Assembly (NCBI GenBank): GCA_964016885.1
Contig: OZ024744.1
Coordinates: 13,516,001 to 13,580,000, forward strand
Length of the DNA stretch: 64,000 bases
Source: Eledone cirrhosa
Lineage: Eukaryota
Reading direction: 5' to 3'
The translations under genes and the position numbers were made by a program. Below are positions 55,801 through 64,000 of the stretch, piece after piece (the first letter of the stretch is position 1; each line of letters starts with the position of its first letter). The notes beneath the pieces were generated by a model. The model was not told where the DNA came from. It was given only the letters and a program-made list of their open reading frames with translations, and searched no databases.

Positions 55801-58720
55801 GATCACAACTCCCATACTATGGACATGGGGTTTGAATGTCGCACTAGATCAGAGAGTCACTCCAGTTAAAGCTACTCTCTAAATTGAGAGATCACAACTC
55901 CAATACTATGGACATGTGGTTAGAATGTCTCAGTAGATCAGAGAATCATTCCAGTTAAAGCTACTCTCTATATTGAGAGATCACATCTCCCATACTATGG
56001 ACATGTGGTTAGAATGTCTCAGTAGAACAGAGAGTCTCTCTTGTTAAAGCTACTCTCTAAATTGAGAGATCACAACTGCATACTATGGACATGTGGTTAG
56101 AATCTCTCAGTAGATCAGAGAGTCATTCCAGTTAAAGCCACTCTCTAAATTGAGAGATCACAACTCCCATACTATGGACGTGTGGTTAGAATGTCTCAGT
56201 AGATCAGAGAATCACTCTAGTTAAAGCTACTCTCTAAATTGAGAGATCACAACTCCCATACTATAGACATGTGGTTAGAATGTCTCAGTAGATCAGAGAT
56301 TCACTCCAGTTAAAGCTACTCTCTAAATTGAGAGATCACAACTCCAATACTATGGACATGGGTTTTGAATGTCTCAGTAGATCAGAGAGTCGCTCAAGTT
56401 AAAGCCACTCTCTAAATTGAGAGACCACAACTCCAATAGTATGGACATGTGGTTAGAATGTCTCAGTAGATCAGAGTGTCACTCCAGTTAAAGCCACTCT
56501 CTAAATTGAGAGATCACAACTTCCATACTATGGACATGTGGTCAGAATGTCTCAGTAGATCAGAGAGTCACTCCAGTTAAAGCTACTCTCTAAATTGAGA
56601 GATCACGACTCCCATACAATGGACATGGGGTTTGAACGTCTCAGTAGATCAGAGAGTCACTCCAGTTAAAGCCACTCTCTAAATTCAGAGATCACAACTC
56701 CAATACTATGGACATGGGGTTTGAATGTCTCAGTAGATCAGAGAGTCGCTCAAGTTAAAGCCACTCTCTAAATTGAGAGATCACAACTCCAATACTATGG
56801 ACATGTGGCTAGAATGTCTCAGTAGATCAGAGAGTCATTTCAGTTAAAGCCACTCTCTAAATTAAGAGATCACAACTTCCATACTATGGACATGTGGTTA
56901 GAATGTCTCAGTAGATCAGAGAGTCACTCCAGTTAAAGCCACTCTCTAAATTGAGAGATCACAACTCCAATACTATGGTCATGTGGTTAGAATGTCTCAG
57001 TAGTTCAGAGACTCACTCCAGTTAAAGCCACTCTCTAAATTCAGAGATCACAACACCAACACTATGGACATGGGCTTTGAATATCTCAGTAGATCAGAGT
57101 GTCACTCCAGTTAAAGTTACTCTCTAAATTGAGAGATCACAACTCCAATAATATGGACATGGGGTTCGAATGTCTCAGTAGATCAGAGAGTCACTCCAGT
57201 TAAAGCTAATCTCTAAATTGAGAGATCACAACTCCCGTACTATGGACGTGTGGTTAGAATGTCTCAGTTGATCAGAGAATCACTCCAGTTAAAGCTACTC
57301 TCTAAATTGAGAGATCACATCTCCCATACTATGGACATGTGGTTAGAATGTCTCAGTAGATCAGGGAGTCATTCTTGTTAAAGCTACTCTCTAAATTGAG
57401 AGATCACAACTCCCATACTATGGACATGTGGTTAGAATGTCTCAGTAGATTAGAGTGTCAATCCAGTTAAAGCTACTCTCTAAATTGAGAGATCACAACT
57501 CCCATACTATGGACATGTGGGTAGAATGTCTCAGTAGATCAGAGAGTCACTCCAGTTAAAGCCACTAATTCTCTAAATTGAGAGATCACAACTCCCATAC
57601 TATGGACATGTGGGTAGAATGTCTCAGTAGATCAGAGAGTCACTCCAGTTAAAGCCACTAATTCTCTAAATTGAGAAATCACAACTTCAATACTATGGAC
57701 ATGTGGTTAGAATGTCTCAGTAGATCAGAGAGTCACTCCAGTTAAAGCTACTCACTAAATTGAGAGATCACAACTCCCATACCATGGACATGGGGTTTGA
57801 ATGTCTCAGTAGATCAGAGATTCACTCCAGTTAAAGCCACTCTCTAAATTGAGAGATCACAACTCCAATACTATGGACATGTGGTTAGAATGTCTCAGTA
57901 GATCAGAGAGGTACTCCAGTTAAAGCTACACTCTAAATTGAGAGATCACAACTCCTATGCTATGGACATGGGGTTAGAATGTCTCAGTAGATCAGAGTGT
58001 CACTCCAGTTTAAGCCACTCTCTAAATAGAGGGATCACAACTCCCATACTATGGACATGTTGTTAGAATGTCTCAGTAGATCAGAGAGTCACTCCAGTTA
58101 AAGCCACTCTCTAAATTGAGAGATCACAACTCCAATACTATGGACATGGGGTTTGAAAGTCTCAGTAGATTAGAGTGTCACTCCAGTTGAAGCTACTCTC
58201 TAAATTGTGAGATCACAACTCCAATACTATGGACATGGGGTTTGAATGTCTCAGTAGATCAGAGAGTCGCTCAAGTTAAAGCCACTCTCTAAATTGAGAG
58301 ATCACAACTCCAATACTATGGACATGTGGTTAGAATGTCTCAGTAGATCAGAGTGTCACTCCAGTTAAAGCTACTCTCTAAATTGAGAGATTACAACTCC
58401 CATACTATGGACATGTGGTTAGAACGTCTCAGTAGATTAGAGTGTCATTCCAGTTAAAGCTACTCTCTAAATTGAGAGATCACAACTCCCATACTATGGA
58501 CATGTGGGTAGAATGTCTCAGTAGATCAGAGAGTCACTCCAGTTAAAGCGACTAATTCTCTAAATTGAGAGATCAAAACTCCCATACTATGGACATGTGG
58601 TTAGAATGTCTCAGTAGATTAGAGTGTCATTCCAGTTAAAGCTACTCTCTAAATTGAGAGATCACAACTCCAATACTATGGACATGTGGTTAGAATGTCT
58701 CAGTAGATCAGAGTGTCACT
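52850..58720. repeat. Duplication at a 39-monomer offset (3482 bp): about 52850-55240 is repeated at about 56330-58720
   Basis: ACACCAACAC at 53571 and 57053; offset 3482 = 39x89+3x4-1. Both copies share CACGACTCC, GTGGCTAG, ATTAAGAGA, GTTCAGAGAC, CCCGTAC and AAATAGAGGG. Confidence 0.9.
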
Positions 58721-61700
58721 CCAGTTAAAGCCACTCTCTAAATTGAAACATCACAACTCCCATACTATGGACATGTTGTTAGAATGTCTCAGTAGATCAG
58801 AGAGTCACTCCAGTTAAAGCCACTCTCTAAATTGAGAGATCACAACCCCAATACTATGGACATGTGGTTAGAATGTCTCAGTAGATTAGAGTGTCACTCC
58901 AGTTAAAGCTTCTCTCTAAATTGAGATATCACAACTCCAATACTATGGACATGGGGTTTGAATGTCTCAGTAGATCCGAGTGTCACTCCAGTTAAAGCTA
59001 CTCTCTAAATTGAGAGATCACATCTCCCATACTATGGACATGTGGTTAGAATTTCTCAGTAGATCAGAGAGTCACTCTTGTTAAAGCTACTCTCTAAATT
59101 GAGAGATCACAACTCCCATACTATGGACATGTTGTTTAAATGTCTCAGTAGATCAGAGAGTCACTCCAGTTAAAGCTGCTCTCTAAATTGAGAGATCACA
59201 CTCCCATACTATGGACATGTGGTTAGAATGTCTCAGTAGATCAGAGAGGTACTCCAGTTAAAGCTACACTCTAAATTGAGAGATCACAACTCCTATGCTA
59301 TGGACATGGGGTTAGAATGTCTCAGTAGATCAGAGTGTCACTCCAGTTTAAGCCACTCTCTAAATTGAGGGATCACAACTCCCATACTATGGACATATTG
59401 TTAGAATGTCTCAGTAGATCAGAGAGTCACTCCAGTTAAAGCCACTCTCTAAATTGAGAGATCACAACTCCAATACTATGGACATGGGGTTTGAAAGTCT
59501 CAGTAGATTAGAGTGTCACTCCAGTTGAAGCTACTCTCTAAATTGAGAGATCACAACTCCAATACTATGGACATGGGGTTTGAATGTCTCAGTAGATCAG
59601 AGAGTCGCTCAAGTTAAAGCCACTCTCCAAATTGAGAGATCACAACTCCAATACTATGGACATGTGGTTAGAATGTCTCAGTAGATCAGAGTGTCACTCC
59701 AGTTAAAGCTACTCTCTAAATTGAGAGATTACAACTCCCATACTATGGACATGTGGTTAGAACGTCTCAGTAGATTAGAGTGTCATTCCAGTTAAAGCTA
59801 CTCTCTAAATTGAGAGATCACAACTCCCATACTATGGACATGTGGGTAGAATGTCTCAGTAGATCAGAGAGTCACTCCAGTTAAAGCGACTAATTCTCTA
59901 AATTGAGAGATCACAACTCCCATACTATGGACATGTGGTTAGAATGTCTCAGTAGATTAGAGTGTCATTCCAGTTAAAGCTACTCTCTAAATTGAGAGAT
60001 CACAACTCCAATACTATGGACATGTGGTTAGAATGTCTCAGTAGATCAGAGTGTCACTCCAGTTAAAGCTACTCTCTAAATTGAGAGATTACAACTCCTA
60101 TACTATGGACATGGGGTTAGAATGTCTCAGTAGATCAGAGTGTCACTCCAGTTAAAGCCACTCTCTAAATTGAAACATCACAACTCCCATACTATGGACA
60201 TGTTGTTAGAATGTCTCAGTAGATCAGAGAGTCACTCCAGTTAAAGCCACTCTCTAAATTGAGAGATCACAACCCCAATACTATGGACATGGGGTTTGAA
60301 AATCTCAGTAGATTAGAGTGTCACTCCAGTTAAAGCTTCTCTCTAAATTGAGATATCACAACTCCAATACTATGGACATGGGGTTTGAATGTCTCAGTAG
60401 ATCAGAGAGTCGCTCAAGTTAAAGCCACTCTCTAAATTGAGAGATCACAACTCCAATACTATGGACATGGGGTTAGAATGTCTCAGTAGATCAGAGTGTC
60501 ACTCCAGTTAAAGCTACTCTCTAAATTGAGAGATCACATCTCCCATACTATGGACATGTGGTTAGAATGTCTCAGTAGATCAGAGAGTCACTCTTGTTAA
60601 AGCTACTCTCTAAATTGAGAGATCACAACTCCCATACTATGGACATGTTGTTTAAATGTCTCAGTAGATCAGAGAGTCACTCCAGTTAAAGCTGCTCTCT
60701 ATATTGAGAGATCACAACTCCCATACTATGGACATGGGGTTTGAATGTCTCACTAGATCAGAGAGTCACTCCAGTTAAAGCTACTCTCTAAATTGAGAGA
60801 TCACAACTCCAATACTATGGACATGTGGTTAGAATGTCTCAGTAGATCAGAGAATCACTCCAGTTAAAGCTACTCTCTATATTGAGAGATCATATCTCCC
60901 ATACTATGGACATGTGGTTAGAATGTCTCAGTAGAACAGAGAGTCTCTCTTGTTAAAGCTACTCTCTAAATTGAGAGATCACAACTCCATACTATGGACA
61001 TGTGGTTAGAATCTCTCAGTAGATCAGAGAGTCATTCCAGTTAAAGCCACTCTCTAAATTGAGAGATCACAACTCCCATACTATGGACGTGTGGTTAGAA
61101 TGTATCAGTAGATCAGAGAATCACTCTAGTTAAAGCTACTCTCTAAATTGAGAGATCACAACTCCCATACTATAGACATGTGGTTAGAATGTCTCAGTAG
61201 ATCAGAGAGTCACTCCAGTTAAAGCTACTCTCTAAATTGAGAGATCACAACTCCAATACTATGGACATGGGTTTTGAATGTCTCAGTAGATCAGAGAGTC
61301 GCTCAAGTTAAAGCCACTCTCTAAATTGAGAGACCACAACTCCAATAGTATGGACATGTGGTTAGAATGTCTCAGTAGATCAGAGTGTCACTCCAGTTAA
61401 AGCCACTCTCTAAATTGAGAGACCACAACTCCAATAGTATGGACATGTGGTTAGAATGTCTCAGTAGATCAGAGTGTCACTCCAGTTAAAGCTACTCTCT
61501 AAATTGAGAGATCACAACTCCATACTATGGACATGTGGTTAGAATGTCTCAGTAGATCAGAGAGTCATTTCAGTTAAAGCCACTCTCTAAATTAAGAGAT
61601 CACAACTTCCATAGTATGGACATGTGGTTAGAATGTCTCAGTAGATCAGAGAGTCATTCCAGTTAAAGCCACTCTCTAAATTGAGGGATCACAACTCCCA

Positions 61701-62828
61701 TACTATGGACATGTTGTTAGAATGTCTCAGTAGATCAGAGAGTCACTCCAGTTAAAGCCACTCTCTAAATTGAGAGATCACAACTCCAATACTATGGACA
61801 TGGGGTTTGAAAGTCTCAGTAGATTAGAGTGTCATTCCAGTTGAAGCTACTCTCTAAATTGAGAGATCACAACTCCAATACTATGGACATGGGGTTTGAA
61901 TGTCTCAGTAGATCAGAGAGTCGCTCAAGTTAAAGCAACTCTCTAAATTGAGAGATCACAACTCCAATAATATGGACATGTGGTTAGAATGTCTCAGTAG
62001 ATCAGAGTGTCACTCCAGTTAAAGCTACTCTCTAAATTGAGAGATTACAACTCCCATACTATGGACATGTGGTTAGAACGTCTCAGTAGATTAGAGTGTC
62101 ATTCCAGTTAAAGCTACTCTCTAAATTGAGAGATCACAACTCCCATACTATGGACATGTGGGTAGAATGTCTCAGTAGATCAGAGAGTCACTCCAATTAA
62201 AGCGACTAATTCTCTAAATTGAGAGATCACAACTCCCATACTATGGACATGTGGTTAGAATGTCTCAGTAGATTAGAGTGTCATTCCAGTTAAAGCTACT
62301 CTCTAAATTGAGAGATCACAACTCCAATACTATGGACATGTGGTTAGAATGTCTCAGTAGATCAGAGTGTCACTCCAGTTAAAGCTACTCTCTAAATTGA
62401 GAGATTACAACTCCTATACTATGGACATGGGGTTAGAATGTCTCAGTAGATCAGAGTGTCACTCCAGTTAAAGCCACTCTCTAAATTGAAACATCACAAC
62501 TCCCATACTATGGACATGTTGTTAGAATGTCTCAGTAGATCAGAGAGTCACTCCAGTTAAAGCCACTCTCTAGATTGAGAGATCACAACTCCAATACTAT
62601 GGACATGGGGTTTGAAAGTCTCAGTAGATTAGAGTGTCAGTCCAGTTGAAGCTACTCTCTAAATTGAGAGATCACAACTCCAATATTATGGACATGGGGT
62701 TTGAATGTCTCAGTAGATCAGAGAGTCGCTCAAGTTAAAGCCACTCTCTAAATTGAGAGATCACAACTCCAATACTATGGAAATGGGGTTAGAATGTCTC
62801 AGTAGATCAGAGTGTCACTCCAGTTAAA

Positions 62829-63053
62829 GCTACACTCCCATACTATGGACATGTGGTTAGAATGTCTCAGTAGATTAGAGTGTCATTCCTGTTAAAGCTA
62901 CTCTCTAAATTGAGAGATCACAACTCCAATACTATGGACATGTGGTTAGAATGTCTCAGTAGATCAGAGTGTCACTCCAGTTAAAGCTACTCTCCCATAC
63001 TATGGACATGTGGTTACAATGTCTAAGTAGATCAGAGAGTCACTCCTGTTATG
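62829..63053. repeat. Two truncated 68-bp monomers, each with the same 21-bp deletion, separated by one full monomer
   Basis: GCTACACTC|CCATAC at about 62837 and GCTACTCTC|CCATAC at about 62994 both lack TAAATTGAGAGATCACAACTC; the junctions are 157 bp (89+68) apart. Confidence 0.92.
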
Positions 63054-64000
63054 GCGACTAATTCTCTAAATTGAGAGATCACAACTCCCACACTATGGAC
63101 ATGTGGTTAGAATGTCTCAGTAGATCAGAGAGTCACTCCAGTTAAAGCCACTCTCTAATTTGAGAGATCACAACTCCCATAATATGGACATGTGGTTAGA
63201 ATCTCTCAGTAGATCAGAGAGTCATTCCAGTTAAAGCCACTCTCTAAATTGAGAGATCACAACTCCCATACTATGGACGTGTGGTTAGAATGTCTCAGTA
63301 GATCAGAGAGTCACTCCAGTTAAAGCCACTCTCTAAATTGAGAGATCACAACTCCCATACTATGGACATGTGCTTAGAATGTCTCAGTAGATCAGAAAGT
63401 CACTCCAGTTAAATCTACTCTCTAAATTGAGAGATCACAACTCCCATAATATGGACATGTGGTTAGAACGTCTCAGTAGATCAGAGAGTCACTCCAGTTA
63501 AAGCCACTCTCTAAATTGAGAGATCACAACTCCAATACTATGGACATGGGGTTTGAAAGTCTCAGTAGATTAGAGTGTCACTCCATTTTAAGCTACTCTC
63601 TAAATTGAGAGATCACAACTCCAATAATATGGACATGGGATTTGAATGTCTCAGTAGATCAGAGAGTCGCTCAAGTTAAAGCCACTATCTAAATTGAGAG
63701 ATCACAACTCCAATACTATGGACATGTGGTTAGAATGTCTCAGTAGCTCAGAGTGTCACTCCAGTTAAAGCCACTCTCTAAATTGAGAGATCACAACTTC
63801 CATACTATGGACATGTGGTTAGAATGTCTCAGTAGATCAGAGAGTCTCTCCAGTTAAAGCTACTCTCTAAATTGAGAGACCACAACTCCCATACTATGGA
63901 CATGGGGTTTGAATGTCTCAGTAGATCAGAGAGTCACTCCAGTTAAAGCCACTCTCTAAATTGAGAGATCACAACTCCTATACTATGGACATAGGGTTAG

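Larger units (their letters stand above)
1..64000. repeat. 89-bp tandem satellite DNA array (about 719 head-to-tail monomers); runs off both window ends
   Basis: GCCACTCTCTAAATTGAGAG starts at 1, 90 and 179 (period 89) and the unit continues to 64000 in one orientation. Monomers typically differ by a few substitutions, with rare indels of +1, -1, +4 and -21. Confidence 0.99.

Noticed and set aside
1-64000. Protein-coding repeat or long ORF
   Set aside because: Each monomer has about 5 stop triplets on the + strand and about 8 on the - strand, and 89 is not a multiple of 3, so every frame closes within at most about 3 monomers.
1-64000. CRISPR array (palindromic repeat with regular period)
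   Set aside because: There are no unique spacers: the entire 89 bp is repeated with only point variation, and there are no cas genes.
1-64000. Strict A/B alternating 178-bp dimer
   Set aside because: The common dimorphic sites (GCC/GCT, CCA/CCC, GTGG/GGGG, GAGAG/GAGTG) do not alternate regularly, and many duplication offsets are odd numbers of monomers (11, 25, 31, 39).
1-64000. tRNA, 5S rRNA or other tandem RNA gene array; bacterial iterons or Dam-site clusters (two GATC per unit)
   Set aside because: There is no cloverleaf, A/B box or recognisable rRNA or snRNA sequence, and no gene-plus-spacer layout. The GATC sites are simply part of the repeated unit, and the scale is typical of eukaryotic satellite DNA.

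Overview
The whole 64-kb window is one uninterrupted, head-to-tail tandem satellite array with an 89-bp monomer (about 719 copies, about 40% GC, no CpG in the consensus). Consensus: GCYACTCTCTAAATTGAGAGATCACAACTCCMATACTATGGACATGKGGTTWGAATGTCTCAGTAGATCAGAGWGTCACTCCAGTTAAA. I found no genes, RNA genes, transposon insertions, inversions or CRISPR spacers; every monomer carries several stop codons on both strands. The structure that exists is internal. (i) The monomer is a degenerate palindrome with several short dyads. (ii) Shared rare variants show local multi-monomer block duplications at offsets of about 6, 11, 20, 22, 25, 31, 39, 42 and 125 monomers, with no single fixed higher-order repeat. 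(iii) Variant families turn over from left to right. (iv) The last 1.5 kb is more degenerate and has 21-bp deletions. The array resembles eukaryotic centromeric or heterochromatic satellite DNA, but I cannot name the family or organism. I found no evidence of a novel gene system. Block boundaries were read by eye and are accurate only to about one monomer.
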